Below are positions 34,311 through 44,668 of a stretch of DNA of 64,000 nucleotides, piece by piece. The DNA comes from an uncultured Acidobacteriota bacterium. Its GTDB lineage: Bacteria > Acidobacteriota > G020349885 > CAZDZC01. The notes beneath the pieces were generated by a model. It did no database searches. It had not been told where the DNA came from and saw only the letters and a list, made by a program, of their open reading frames with translations. How positions within the stretch are numbered: the first letter of the stretch is position 1; the number at the start of each line of letters is the position of its first letter. Location of the stretch: positions 2,136 through 66,135 of the forward strand of contig CAZDZC010000008.1 in the NCBI GenBank assembly GCA_964509835.1, written 5' to 3'. Made by a program: the position numbers and the translations under genes.

Positions 34311-34350
34311 GCAAAATAAAAAGGGCTGTTAAAACAAACAGCCCTTTTTT
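34311..34350 (-). terminator. Rho-independent (bidirectional-looking) terminator immediately after the flotillin gene
   Basis: The stem 34318..34330 / 34337..34349 (AAAAAGGGCTGTT / AACAGCCCTTTTT) has a 6-nt loop. On the minus strand it is followed by TTTTTATTTT. It lies 11 nt after the stop at 34361. Confidence 0.7.
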
Positions 34351-34360
34351 GTAAATCAAC

Positions 34361-35962
34361 TTATTTTACCGGTTTTGGCGGAACAGGCTTCTTGTCTGTA
34401 CTAGTAAGCGGAGAAGATCCCTTCAGATTGCTGTGACCTGTTTTGTCGTCAGCCATCTTTCCGAGATAGTCCGGCAGTTCAACGCCCGCCATTGACGCTA
34501 TGTCCTGAAGCGGCGGAAGGCTTTTTATCAGACTGGACGCAAAATTGGCAGTCGAGGAACCTTTCCCTTCTCCCGAAGCTGAATCCCAGACTGTTATCTT
34601 GTCTATTCTGAGGTTCTTTATCGCTTCAACCTGTGTTTTAACGATCTCCTCGAGTTTTTCAATCATAAGCAGGGTGGCCGTGGATTTTGCGTCCCCGTTG
34701 CAGCTTCTTACCAACTCAAGGTATCCCAAGGCTTTCCCTTCAAGCACTTTTTTCACGCCTTCCGCTTCAGCGAGGTATTTCGCGAGTATGCCGTCAGCCT
34801 CGCCCTTCGCTATCCTTCTTATTCTTTCGGCTTCAGCCTCGGCGTCAATCTCCACCTTTTTCTTTTCAATTTCCCGCTTGACCACATCCGCTGCTATAAG
34901 CCTCTGCTGTTCAGCATAATATTCCGCTTTCTGGATCTCGACCTGTGCCATTCTCTTGGCGACTTCTCCCTTTTCAAGGGCCGCAGCCTGTTTCACAGCG
35001 AGTTCGGCGTTGTAATCAGCTATTTTTGCTTCAGCTATATTCTCACCTTCGACTGCAATTGATTCCTGATCATTTACATAAACACGCCTGTCAGCTTCAG
35101 CTTTCTTTTTACCCTTTTCAGACTCCGCTATCGTTTCTGCAACCCCTATTTCCTTTGTCTTGTCAGCTTCTGCTTCCCCGACTGTGGCTGAAGTTTCCTG
35201 CTGCCTGACATAAATGCGCCTGTCTGCTTCTGCCGTCTTTTCACCTTTCTCGGCACCCGCAAGGTTCTCAGCAACACGGACTCTTTTTTCCCGAACTGCT
35301 TCAGCCTCACCTATGGATCCCATTTTGTCCTGTTCAGCGACATCAACCTTTGCTTTGTTTACGGCTTCAGCAGCGGCTCTTTTTCCGATGCTTACAATAT
35401 AGTCTGATTCATCGTTAATGTCGGTGATATTGACATTTATCAGATAAAGGCCGATTTTATTGAGTTCCGGTTCCACATTTTTTCTGATGGCATCAAGGAA
35501 GCTCTCGCGATCCTGATTGATCTGTTCAATGGTAAGGGAAGCGACTGTGAGACGGAGCTGGCCGAAGATTATCTCTCTTCCCATATCCTCGATGGATACC
35601 GGTTTGAGTCCGAGAAGCCTTTCCGCGGCGTTGTTCATTATGGCTGGATTTGTGCTTATACCGACAGTGAAGGTACTGGGGACATCAATCCTGATATTCT
35701 GAAACGAAAGGGCACTTCTGAGAGGGATGTTGATTGTCATAGGGGTGAGGCTCAGGAACGCGTAGTCCTGAATGAGCGGCCACACAAAAGCTCCCCCTCC
35801 GTGCATGCATTTTGCAGACTTATTATCTCCTCTGACCTTTCCGTAAACCACCAGTATCCTGTCCGAAGGGCATCGTTTGTAACGCGCCGCAAGGAACAGC
35901 ATCGTAGAAACGATTATTACTACAAGAGCTCCTATTCCGAGAACAACAAAATCAGGCTGCAT
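34361..35962 (-). CDS. Flotillin-like SPFH/Band-7 domain protein (YqiK-like)
   Basis: 533 aa. An N-terminal TM helix and SPFH domain are followed by a long Ala/Glu/Lys-rich coiled-coil (EAEA...KAEADRR repeats). It pairs with an upstream NfeD-like gene. Confidence 0.85.
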   Translation of the reverse strand: MQPDFVVLGIGALVVIIVSTMLFLAARYKRCPSDRILVVYGKVRGDNKSAKCMHGGGAFVWPLIQDYAFLSLTPMTINIPLRSALSFQNIRIDVPSTFTVGISTNPAIMNNAAERLLGLKPVSIEDMGREIIFGQLRLTVASLTIEQINQDRESFLDAIRKNVEPELNKIGLYLINVNITDINDESDYIVSIGKRAAAEAVNKAKVDVAEQDKMGSIGEAEAVREKRVRVAENLAGAEKGEKTAEADRRIYVRQQETSATVGEAEADKTKEIGVAETIAESEKGKKKAEADRRVYVNDQESIAVEGENIAEAKIADYNAELAVKQAAALEKGEVAKRMAQVEIQKAEYYAEQQRLIAADVVKREIEKKKVEIDAEAEAERIRRIAKGEADGILAKYLAEAEGVKKVLEGKALGYLELVRSCNGDAKSTATLLMIEKLEEIVKTQVEAIKNLRIDKITVWDSASGEGKGSSTANFASSLIKSLPPLQDIASMAGVELPDYLGKMADDKTGHSNLKGSSPLTSTDKKPVPPKPVK

Positions 35963-35980
35963 GAAAAACTCCTTTCAGTA

Positions 35981-36565
35981 TCATATTTTTTCAACGACCA
36001 GTGTGTCGCCTCCGATCACCTGTGTCACTTTCACACGCTCGTCAGTTTTTATTTCCTCTCCATCCGCGGAAACAGCTTCGAGAATCATAAGCCTTCCCTG
36101 GAATTCCACCTGCACCTTTCCTCTGCTTCCTGCTTTAATGGTGAGATAGATGATGCCTTCCTTTCCGATCGCATTATTCATTTTCACCGTCCCGTCCGAC
36201 TGGAGTTTCATCATTGACCTGAAAATGAAAGCTATGATCCAGACGGTTATGCTTCCTGCAATCAGCGCTCCTATAACGGATATGACTGCATTTATCTTAA
36301 ACTGATATGAAAGCGCGAGCCCGGTAAGCCCGAACATCATGAAAAATCCGGTTATGCCCTGCAGAGAAAGCAGTTTGAAACTTATATCGGAATCCCCGCC
36401 GTGGCTGATGTCCAGATCCCCGTCCATCGCCACATCCGCGTCAACATCGCCTATGCCTCCTATGAACATGAAAAAAGTTCTTACCACGAACATTATCCCG
36501 CCCAGAATAGCACAGACGGCAAAAAACTTCTGAAGATAGGTTAAGGTGCTGAAAAATTCGGCCAT
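35981..36565 (-). CDS. NfeD/YqiJ-like membrane protein (partner of flotillin)
   Basis: 194 aa with multiple TM helices and a C-terminal soluble beta (OB-like) segment, GKVQVEFQGRLMILEAVS..VKVTQVIGGDTLVVEK. It lies 18 nt upstream of the flotillin gene. Confidence 0.7.
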   Translation of the reverse strand: MAEFFSTLTYLQKFFAVCAILGGIMFVVRTFFMFIGGIGDVDADVAMDGDLDISHGGDSDISFKLLSLQGITGFFMMFGLTGLALSYQFKINAVISVIGALIAGSITVWIIAFIFRSMMKLQSDGTVKMNNAIGKEGIIYLTIKAGSRGKVQVEFQGRLMILEAVSADGEEIKTDERVKVTQVIGGDTLVVEKI

Positions 36566-36697
36566 GTTTGAACCCCGTTTCGCTTCGTTTGGTTTAGCCT
36601 TTTCATTGTATTACAATACGACTGAAAAGCGGATTATCAATTTTTTCCGCTTAAATGTCAAGTTTAGTATTGAAATTTGTGTTTGCGGTAAAGGGTT

Positions 36698-38020
36698 GTG
36701 AAAAGAACTTTTAAAAACATTCTATTATCGCTTACGGTGGCAGCCTTATGTTTGGCCGGAGCGGAAGTTTATATCAGGTGCAGTGAATCGGGAAGCTGTC
36801 TTTATATTGAGGACAGTTTAACAGACTTCAGACTGAATCCCGGTTACAAGGGTGAATATCCCGAAGTAAATTCCCTCGGGTTTCATGACCATGAATTTGA
36901 CAGGGGAAAATCCGCCGGGATAAAGAGAATAATGGCGCTGGGGGATTCCACAACCTTCGGTCGGACTTCTCTGGAGGAATCGTATCCTGAACAGCTTGAA
37001 CAGATCCTCAACAGGGACGGGAAGAAATATCTGGTAATAAATGCGGGATTCGGAGGTTATTCCACAAGAAATGAAATGAACTTTCTCAAATATTACGGGA
37101 TGGATGTGAAGCCGGACACGGTCATCCTCGGATTTTTCACAGGGAACGACATTTTCGGGAATACTGACAAGCAGTATCTTTTCGCCAGGAACGGAGTTGT
37201 TTTTCCTGTGTCCTTCAAAAATGCTGAAGAAAACATGAATTATTTAAGGGTGCTCTCAAGGAAATCACGATTATTTTCGAGACTTGATGAACTGATCAAT
37301 CCTGTTGAAAAACTGGAAAGGGCGATGGGGAAGCATATCGTCAGGATGATGATTGACAGTATTATCAAAGCCAGAAAGCTCGGGTTGATTGACGATTCGG
37401 GTTTTGTGTCGAATATGCAGGATTTCTACCGGACAGTTTCATCCTATTCCTGCTCAGTCGAAGAAATCAGAGAGACACAGGTGCACGATGAGCTGACTGC
37501 CCTTTTGAACGAATACATCCTGTCCGATGGAAACAGACCCGAAACCATCTCGAGAATACTGAAACACTATATCTCAAAAGTGGGGATGGATGAAACAGCA
37601 GCGGATCTGGACGGAAGGCTTAAATTTCTTAATATCCAGCTGCGCAGGAGCGATATTTACTATCCTGATTATCTTCCGGCAAACTGGAGCAATACCGGGG
37701 AATATCTTAAGGAAATTGCAATGATATGCGAAGAAAAAGGGATTGATTTGAGAGTGCTGATCATTCCAGACAGGACGCAGGTTTCCCCGTGGCTGCAAGC
37801 GGAGTGCGCCAGATATCATCTTCCGAGAGGGAAGTCTCCGGATTTCAATCTTCCAAACATCAGGCTTGCAGAGATGCTGGAAAAGCTCGGGATCCGATAT
37901 GCCGATGCGCTGCCTTATTTCATCGAAAGAGGTGACTCTTTATTCGGAACATACGACACCCACTGCAATAAAGAAGGTAACGCTGTTCTTGCTTCCGCTG
38001 CTTATGAACTGCTGAATTAA
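36698..38020 (+). CDS. SGNH/GDSL-family hydrolase (membrane-anchored)
   Basis: 440 aa. N-terminal TM helix, block I IMALGDSTTFG, GFGGYST, and the C-terminal DTHCN (DxxH) block. GTG start. Confidence 0.7.
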   Translation: MKRTFKNILLSLTVAALCLAGAEVYIRCSESGSCLYIEDSLTDFRLNPGYKGEYPEVNSLGFHDHEFDRGKSAGIKRIMALGDSTTFGRTSLEESYPEQLEQILNRDGKKYLVINAGFGGYSTRNEMNFLKYYGMDVKPDTVILGFFTGNDIFGNTDKQYLFARNGVVFPVSFKNAEENMNYLRVLSRKSRLFSRLDELINPVEKLERAMGKHIVRMMIDSIIKARKLGLIDDSGFVSNMQDFYRTVSSYSCSVEEIRETQVHDELTALLNEYILSDGNRPETISRILKHYISKVGMDETAADLDGRLKFLNIQLRRSDIYYPDYLPANWSNTGEYLKEIAMICEEKGIDLRVLIIPDRTQVSPWLQAECARYHLPRGKSPDFNLPNIRLAEMLEKLGIRYADALPYFIERGDSLFGTYDTHCNKEGNAVLASAAYELLN

Positions 38021-38146
38021 TCAGTAGTTATTGAATCTCAGAAACTTAATCTGCTTCTGTCGAAACCGTTCGGGATTTTTCCCGTATATCCACAATACGG
38101 TATCGGGCAGATATGCCTGACAATAAAGATTAAAAAGTGAATTTAT

Positions 38147-38848
38147 ATGATCAGATTGACAAACATCAACAAATCATACGGTTCCGGGAAAAACAGGATG
38201 CATGTCCTGAAAGGCATTGACCTTGAGATTAAAGACGGAGAGCTTGTTTCAATCATGGGGCCATCCGGCTCCGGCAAGTCAACCATGCTGAATATAATAG
38301 GGATACTTGATAATTACGATTCAGGTCAATATTACATCAATGACATCCTGATTGAAAACATGAATGAGACAAAAGCTGCGGTTTTCAGGAACAGGCATAT
38401 CGGTTTCGTGTTCCAGTCATTCAATCTGATCTCGTTTAAAAACGCGATGGAAAATGTGGCTTTGCCGCTTTATTACCAGAAAATCAGCCGCCGCAGACGC
38501 AACAGGACAGCGATGGAATATCTTGAAAGAGTGGGGCTTGCAGACTGGGCGGAACACATGCCTTATGAACTGTCAAACGGCCAGCAGCAGCGTGTTGCTC
38601 TGGCAAGGGCTCTTGCTTCAAACCCTGAACTTATCCTTGCTGACGAGCCGACGGGCGCGCTTGACAGCAAAACATCCTATGAGGTCATGGATATTTTCAG
38701 CGATATTAATAAATCCGGGATTACTGTGGTCATTATCACGCATGAACATGATATTGCCGGGATGACCGACAGGATATTGAAGCTAAATGACGGAGTGATA
38801 GAAAAAGACATTGACAACAGGGAACGGACATATTCGCATGAAATCTGA
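38147..38848 (+). CDS. ABC transporter ATP-binding protein (MacB/LolD type)
   Basis: 233 aa. Motifs: [39 protein letters not shown]. Confidence 0.9.
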   Translation: MIRLTNINKSYGSGKNRMHVLKGIDLEIKDGELVSIMGPSGSGKSTMLNIIGILDNYDSGQYYINDILIENMNETKAAVFRNRHIGFVFQSFNLISFKNAMENVALPLYYQKISRRRRNRTAMEYLERVGLADWAEHMPYELSNGQQQRVALARALASNPELILADEPTGALDSKTSYEVMDIFSDINKSGITVVIITHEHDIAGMTDRILKLNDGVIEKDIDNRERTYSHEI

Positions 38849-38859
38849 CCGGGGGCGTA

Positions 38860-40089
38860 ATGATTGATATTGACAAGTGGCAGGAGATTTTTGACACCCT
38901 CGGGAAAAATAAGCTCAGGACATTTCTCACCGGGTTCAGCGTGGCATGGGGGATTTTTATGCTTATTGTTCTTCTCGGAATGGGAGAAGGACTCCGCAAC
39001 GGTGTGCATGAAGAGTTTGCCAATGACGCGATAAATTCAATATGGTTTGGCGGAGGGAGGACAAGCATTCCCTACAAGGGGTTCAAACCGGACAGGAATG
39101 TTGAGCTCACGAACGATGATTACCGGGACATAAAGAGTAACATTGACGGAGCTGAAAATGTTTCCGCGAGGCTGAATGTCTGGGCCGGCTCGGTGAATTA
39201 TGAACGGGAGTCCGGGGATTACGATCTGAAAGCGGTGCATCCTGAACACAGGGAAATCGAGAAGGTGGCAATTATGAGCGGAAGGTTCATAAACAATCTC
39301 GATATTTCAGACTGCAGAAAAGTGGCGGTGATCGGCAGACTTGTCATGGAAGAGCTTTTCAAGGGTGCTGATCCGATGGGAAAGTATATCAGAATAAACG
39401 GAATAAACTTTCTTATTACCGGTGTTTTTGATGACAGGGAGGAACGGGAATTAAGGCGCATCTACCTTCCTGTTTCAATTGTCCAGAAGGTTTTCACGGG
39501 GAATGACAACATCGGCGCGCTTACGCTCACTACAGGGGATATCCCGTTTGAAGAGACGGTCGCCATGGCTGACGGCATCAGGAACAGAATAGCGGATAAG
39601 CACTTGTTTGATCCCGCCGACAGGAGAGCAATGTGGCTTTTCAACAGAAGTGAAGAGTATCAGCGCTTCATGAGTTTGTTTAACGGGATAGAGGTATTCC
39701 ACTGGGTTGTCGGGATAGGGACACTGATAGCGGGAATTGTTGGTGTTAGCAACATCATGTTCGTAGTTGTAAAGGACAGGACCAGAGAGATCGGCATCAG
39801 AAAAGCAATTGGAGCAACTCCGTGGTCAATAACAAGCCTTATTGTTCAGGAGGCAGTGCTGATAACCACCTTTGCGGGATATTTCGGTCTCGTTGCCGGA
39901 ATAGGGGCGCTGGAGCTGACTTCAAGATATTTCGCAGCCGCCATCCCTTTTTTCGCTGACCCCGGAGTTAATCTCGCTGCCGCGGTGAGCGCGACCCTGA
40001 TTCTGATTGCTTCAGGAGCCCTCGCGGGATATTTTCCGGCAAGAAAGGCAGCGTCAATCAGGCCGATAGAATCGTTGAGAGAGGACTAA
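38860..40089 (+). CDS. ABC transporter permease (MacB_PCD + FtsX domains)
   Basis: 409 aa. An N-terminal TM helix and large periplasmic domain are followed by a C-terminal FtsX 3-TM bundle (RTREIGIRKAIGA..). Confidence 0.85.
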   Translation: MIDIDKWQEIFDTLGKNKLRTFLTGFSVAWGIFMLIVLLGMGEGLRNGVHEEFANDAINSIWFGGGRTSIPYKGFKPDRNVELTNDDYRDIKSNIDGAENVSARLNVWAGSVNYERESGDYDLKAVHPEHREIEKVAIMSGRFINNLDISDCRKVAVIGRLVMEELFKGADPMGKYIRINGINFLITGVFDDREERELRRIYLPVSIVQKVFTGNDNIGALTLTTGDIPFEETVAMADGIRNRIADKHLFDPADRRAMWLFNRSEEYQRFMSLFNGIEVFHWVVGIGTLIAGIVGVSNIMFVVVKDRTREIGIRKAIGATPWSITSLIVQEAVLITTFAGYFGLVAGIGALELTSRYFAAAIPFFADPGVNLAAAVSATLILIASGALAGYFPARKAASIRPIESLRED

Positions 40090-41342
40090 TGCTGGACTTC
40101 GATCAGTGGCATGAAATATTCAGCGTTCTCAAAAAGAACAAAACGAGAACTGCGCTGACAGCCTTTGGGGTGTTCTGGGGAATTTTTCTTCTCATCATAT
40201 TGCTTGGAAGCGGAACGGGCCTCCGGAACGGCACGGAGAGAAATTTTGGCGATCTGGCAACAAACAGTGTTTTCATATGGCCGGAAAGAACAACAATTGC
40301 CTATAAAGGTTTTCCGAAGGGAAGAGGGTTCTGGTTTACCAATGAAGATCTTATTTCCCTGAAGGGTTCAATCCCCGAACTGGAAGCCATTTCACCTATG
40401 CTTCACGGCTGGGGAGGGGATGGAGACAACAATGCTTCGAGAGGTGCTAAAACAGGTTCGTTCACTGTGGAAGGGCACAGCCCCGAGATGATGAAAATCA
40501 GCCCGTGCAGGGTGCTTGAAGGAAGATTCCTTAATGAGCTCGATGTATCGAGAAATAGAAAAGTAGCGCTGATAGGAACAAGGGTGAGGGACATACTGTT
40601 CGAACCCGGGGAAAATCCGGCAGGAGAATATATCAGGCTGAAAGGGGTTTATTTCAAGGTTATCGGAGTGATTGAACCCTTGACCATGAGGGAGAATGAT
40701 GTAAGGGAGCTTGAAAAAATCGTGCTTCCCTATACTACTCTTCAGAAAATTTACGGGTATGGAAATGTTGTTGGAACCATTGTCATGACATCTGTAAAAA
40801 ATGTCCCTGCATCGGTGGTTGAAGAAAAAGCCAAGAAGCTCCTTGCCGCTCGCTTATCAATCTCGCCTGAAGATGACCGCGCTATTGGAGGTTTTAACCT
40901 CGAGAATGAATACATGAAAATTCAGAAGCTCTTTATCAGCATCAGCGTGCTGGTTTGGATAATAGGTGCCGGGACGCTGGTTTCCGGCGTGATAGGGGTA
41001 AGCAATATAATGCTGATAACCGTGAAAGAAAGAACAAAGGAATTCGGTATTAAGAGGGCGATCGGCGCCACGCCGTTAAATATTATAACCCAGGTGATAC
41101 TGGAGTCGGTATCATTGACGGCCCTGACGGGTTTTCTCGGCATTGCCGCCGGAGTATGGGCATTGGAGGGGATATCCTCGCTCATTGCGGGGATGAACAC
41201 CGGGATGTTCAAAAATCCGGGCGTTGACCTCTCGGTGACACTGAAAGCCCTTTCTGTTCTGATAATTTTTGGCACGCTGGCCGGGCTTATTCCGGCCCGC
41301 GGAGCTGTGAGCGTTAAACCTATTGATGCAATAAGGAAATAA
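40089..41342 (+). CDS. ABC transporter permease (MacB_PCD + FtsX domains), paralogue of the preceding gene
   Basis: 417 aa with the same architecture (RTKEFGIKRAIGA..). Its start overlaps the previous stop. Confidence 0.85.
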   Translation: MLDFDQWHEIFSVLKKNKTRTALTAFGVFWGIFLLIILLGSGTGLRNGTERNFGDLATNSVFIWPERTTIAYKGFPKGRGFWFTNEDLISLKGSIPELEAISPMLHGWGGDGDNNASRGAKTGSFTVEGHSPEMMKISPCRVLEGRFLNELDVSRNRKVALIGTRVRDILFEPGENPAGEYIRLKGVYFKVIGVIEPLTMRENDVRELEKIVLPYTTLQKIYGYGNVVGTIVMTSVKNVPASVVEEKAKKLLAARLSISPEDDRAIGGFNLENEYMKIQKLFISISVLVWIIGAGTLVSGVIGVSNIMLITVKERTKEFGIKRAIGATPLNIITQVILESVSLTALTGFLGIAAGVWALEGISSLIAGMNTGMFKNPGVDLSVTLKALSVLIIFGTLAGLIPARGAVSVKPIDAIRK

Positions 41343-41346
41343 AACA

Positions 41347-42438
41347 TTGAAAAAAATCATTAAAAGAGCCATTCAGATTACGATTCTCGCGGCGGTACTC
41401 GCATTGTTCGCCTGGACATTGTTTTTCCTGTACGGGAAATCGAAGGAAAAACCGATTATATACGAAACGGCGTCTCCGGTAATTACCGATATTGTCAGGA
41501 AAACAGTCGCGACCGGGTCGGTGATCCCGAGAAAGGAGGTTGCGATCAGGCCGAAGGTGTCGGGCATAATAAAAGAGATTTACATCGAAGCTGGTGAAAT
41601 TGTAAAAAAGGATGACAACATAGCCAGGGTCCAGGTTGTGCCTGATATGGTCCAGCTCAGCTCCGCGGAGTCAAGGGTCAAAATGGCGGAAATTAATTTT
41701 ATAAGCGCGGAAAAAACATTTGAAAAACAAAGGGAACTTTATCAGAAAAAACTTGTGGCTGAAACGGATTATATAGATAAAAAGGCATCCTTTGACATGA
41801 TCAGCGAAGAACTTGAAGCCGCGCGAGACAACCTTCAGCTGATCAGGGACGGTCTCACAAAACGGAAAGGCTCCGTTACGAACACGGTGATAAAATCAAC
41901 CATAGACGGAATGGTCCTGAGCGTTAATGTAGAGGAAGGCAGTTCGGTCATCGAAAGCAACACCTTCAATGAAGGTACAAACATAGCCGGCATTGCTGAT
42001 ATGGGCGAAATGATATTCAAGGGCCAGGTGGATGAAGCTGAAGTCGGGAACATAAAGGAGGGCATGGAGCTGCTGCTTACTATCGGCGCTCTGGAGGATG
42101 TGCAGTTCAGGGCAGTGCTTGAGTATATCTCACCCAAGGGGGTGGAGGAGCAGGGGGCTATTCAGTTTGAGATAAAAGCTGCTGTCGTGCTTGACGAGCA
42201 ATATTTTATCCGAGCAGGCTACAGCGCGACAGCCGACATAGTCCTTGAACGGAGAGAATCGGTACTTGCGGTAAGTGAAAATCTGCTTCAGTTTGACGGG
42301 GACAGAACCTTCGTTGAAATTGAGAAGGCGTCCCAGCAGTTTGAGAAAAGATATATCGAAACAGGACTTTCCGACGGGATGATTATTGAGGCAGTGTCCG
42401 GATTGAAGGAAACAGACAAGATAAAGATTCCGAAATAA
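41347..42438 (+). CDS. Efflux periplasmic adaptor (MacA/HlyD/RND-MFP family)
   Basis: 363 aa. An N-terminal TM helix is followed by lipoyl-like, coiled-coil hairpin and beta-barrel segments (GSVIPRKEVAIRPKVSGIIKEIYIEAGEIVKKDD). TTG start. Confidence 0.8.
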   Translation: MKKIIKRAIQITILAAVLALFAWTLFFLYGKSKEKPIIYETASPVITDIVRKTVATGSVIPRKEVAIRPKVSGIIKEIYIEAGEIVKKDDNIARVQVVPDMVQLSSAESRVKMAEINFISAEKTFEKQRELYQKKLVAETDYIDKKASFDMISEELEAARDNLQLIRDGLTKRKGSVTNTVIKSTIDGMVLSVNVEEGSSVIESNTFNEGTNIAGIADMGEMIFKGQVDEAEVGNIKEGMELLLTIGALEDVQFRAVLEYISPKGVEEQGAIQFEIKAAVVLDEQYFIRAGYSATADIVLERRESVLAVSENLLQFDGDRTFVEIEKASQQFEKRYIETGLSDGMIIEAVSGLKETDKIKIPK

Positions 42439-42451
42439 CCCCGCGGAATTG

Positions 42452-43339
42452 TCAGCGGAATGCCGCCAGCGCTTCTCTGAAAGCCATGATATGATCGGGT
42501 GTCGTGCCGCAGCAGCCGCCTATCACAGACACTCCCGCGTCTATCAGTTTTTTTGCTTTACCGGCCATGAATTCCGGCGTTTCTGAATACTCCGCTTTTC
42601 CGTTTATCAATTTCGGGAGCCCCGCGTTGGATTGGATTATTATCGGGACGGAACTGTGCTTTCTGAATTCCTCCGCGATTTTTATCATTTTCTCAATCCC
42701 GTTGCCGCAGTTGGAGCCTGTTATGTCCGCACCCTCTCCGATAAGTTCCTCCGCTGCCTTTTTGACATCTGTTCCCATTATCGTGAAAAATCCCCTCGAG
42801 GTCTCATCAAATGTCATTGATGCGATGACAGGGATTTTGGGAGACAGGTCTTTTGCAGCCCTGATCGCAATTTTTGCTTCTTCAGGGTCGGTCATTGTCT
42901 CGATACATATCAGATCAGCCCCCGCAGATAGAACTGCTTCAATCTGAACCCTGAACGATTGGTACATCTCTTCGGCTCCGGTATCTCCGTAAGGTCTCAG
43001 CATTTTTCCGCACGGGCCGATTGAAGCCGCGATCATAACATTGTCCCCCGCGCCTCTTCTGGCAGCCTTCACGGCCGCAATGTTTATTTCCGAAGTCCTG
43101 TCGCACAGTCCGTAAGCCTTAAGTTTTAACGCCGAACCGCCGAAGGTGCATGACTGAACGATATCCGCCCCTGCTTCCGCGTACATCCGGGCGATATCCT
43201 CAAGAATTTCAGGATGGCCGAACCCGAATTCCTCTGGGCAGTCGCCGCATTTCAGTCCTTTCGAGATAAGGATGGAACCCATCGCTCCGTCCGCGAGGAG
43301 AACCTCTCCATCTCTGATCCTTTTAAGAATTCCTGCCAT
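42452..43339 (-). CDS. Homocysteine S-methyltransferase-domain protein (MetH N-terminal Hcy-binding-module-like, Zn site GGCCGT)
   Basis: 295 aa. Motifs: LLADGAMGS, GSNCGNG and the C-terminal IGGCCGTTPDHI Zn-Cys motifs. Confidence 0.8.
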   Translation of the reverse strand: MAGILKRIRDGEVLLADGAMGSILISKGLKCGDCPEEFGFGHPEILEDIARMYAEAGADIVQSCTFGGSALKLKAYGLCDRTSEINIAAVKAARRGAGDNVMIAASIGPCGKMLRPYGDTGAEEMYQSFRVQIEAVLSAGADLICIETMTDPEEAKIAIRAAKDLSPKIPVIASMTFDETSRGFFTIMGTDVKKAAEELIGEGADITGSNCGNGIEKMIKIAEEFRKHSSVPIIIQSNAGLPKLINGKAEYSETPEFMAGKAKKLIDAGVSVIGGCCGTTPDHIMAFREALAAFR

Positions 43340-43345
43340 CCCTGT

Positions 43346-43981
43346 TTATCCCTTAAGCAGTCTGGAAACTGTTTGAACTGCATTCGCGGCGTCGTAACAG
43401 TATGCCGACGCTCCTATCTCTTCAGCGTATTCATTTGACAGAGGAGCGCCGCCGACAACCACCCTGACTTTATCAGCAAGGCCCTCAGCTTTAAGCATAT
43501 CAACAACATCTTTCATCACAGGCATCGTTGTCGTAAGAAGCGCCGACATGCCCACTATCTGTGCGTTGTGTTCCCTGACCGCACTGATGAACTTCTCCGG
43601 CGCGACATCGCTTCCGAGATCAATAATTTCATATCCCGCGCCTTTCAGCATAATCCCGACAAGGTTCTTCCCGATGTCATGAAGGTCTCCCTTCACAGAA
43701 CCGATCACCACCTTTCCCTTCGAAGGAATCCCGTCTTTTGCAAGAAGCGGCTTCAGTATATCCAACCCCGCGTACATAGCCTTCGCGGACATCAGGACAT
43801 CCGGAAGGAATATTTCATGGTCTCGGAATTTCGCCCCGATCACATCCATTCCCGAAAGAAGGCCTTTGTTTAGAATATCTTCAGCACTAATTCCTTCTTC
43901 AATAGCTTTTATGGTCAGTTCCGCCGTCTTTTCGTCATCACCGAGCCGGAGCTGTTCCGAAATCTGTTCAATTATCATCAT
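43346..43981 (-). CDS. Corrinoid (B12)-binding protein
   Basis: 211 aa. An N-terminal helical B12-cap is followed by a Rossmann domain with the DxHxxG motif (GDLHDIGKNLV) and GMSALLTTT. Confidence 0.9.
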   Translation of the reverse strand: MMIIEQISEQLRLGDDEKTAELTIKAIEEGISAEDILNKGLLSGMDVIGAKFRDHEIFLPDVLMSAKAMYAGLDILKPLLAKDGIPSKGKVVIGSVKGDLHDIGKNLVGIMLKGAGYEIIDLGSDVAPEKFISAVREHNAQIVGMSALLTTTMPVMKDVVDMLKAEGLADKVRVVVGGAPLSNEYAEEIGASAYCYDAANAVQTVSRLLKG

Positions 43982-43990
43982 GATCTCCTA

Positions 43991-44668
43991 CTAATTCATT
44001 CGTTCAATACAGGATCTGTTTTTACAGCCTTCGCAGAAATCAAAGCCCGGACTGAACCGGTGAATCTCTTTATTTCCAGTTATAAGAACGCCTGATATTG
44101 ATTTAAGCGGAATCATCAGGCAGCTTTCATTCAGAGTAATTCCAATCTCTTCCGGTTTCAGCACATTAAAAATTTTTTTTTGAGCTGTAATATGCCATCC
44201 ACAATAGCCTGGACTATAGAGAAGGGTTTTGCTGTTCTCATAACCTTCAGTTCTGTTCCGTTCCTTTTCAGCCAGAAGGGAGGCATTATATGCTCCGCAG
44301 GATGCAACAGCATCAATGATAGATGCCAGAGCAGGCTCATTATCGTTGAAAAGATTTTCTATTCTCTCACTGATCTTCTGCCCCAGAGTGAAAGTGAAAA
44401 GAGCAAGGCAGTCCGCCTCTGGAAAGACTTTCGCGAGAGGAGCATCTGCATTGTTATTTCCTTCTCCTTCAAAAACGGTTCGGAAGTCTTCCTTTGAGAT
44501 ATCCATTAAAATCCCCGTTGGACAAGCAAGTTTTCTGAACTCAGCAAATGCTCTGTTATAAAGAATAGAAGCCTTTTCGGACAGGTCATTTTCCGATCTC
44601 ATTCCCTGTGACTCAAGTACCATCTGCCTGGAGGGTGATATTTCATGAATAGAAAGATCAATTATCAT
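43991..44668 (-). CDS. Vitamin-B12-dependent methionine synthase activation-domain-like protein
   Basis: 225 aa. LYSPGYCGWHITAQKKIFNVL..LNESCLMIPLKSISGVLITG resembles the Met_synt_B12 family, with a Cys-rich C-terminus (FCEGCKNRSC). There is a 4-nt overlap with the upstream mttB-family gene. Confidence 0.65.
   Translation of the reverse strand: MIIDLSIHEISPSRQMVLESQGMRSENDLSEKASILYNRAFAEFRKLACPTGILMDISKEDFRTVFEGEGNNNADAPLAKVFPEADCLALFTFTLGQKISERIENLFNDNEPALASIIDAVASCGAYNASLLAEKERNRTEGYENSKTLLYSPGYCGWHITAQKKIFNVLKPEEIGITLNESCLMIPLKSISGVLITGNKEIHRFSPGFDFCEGCKNRSCIERMN

Noticed and set aside
34159-34359. 66-aa two-TM ORF between the flotillin and NPD genes
   Set aside because: Its 5' end is a canonical terminator hairpin with a T-run, and its body contains two TATAAT boxes. 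It is more parsimonious to read it as an intergenic regulatory spacer.
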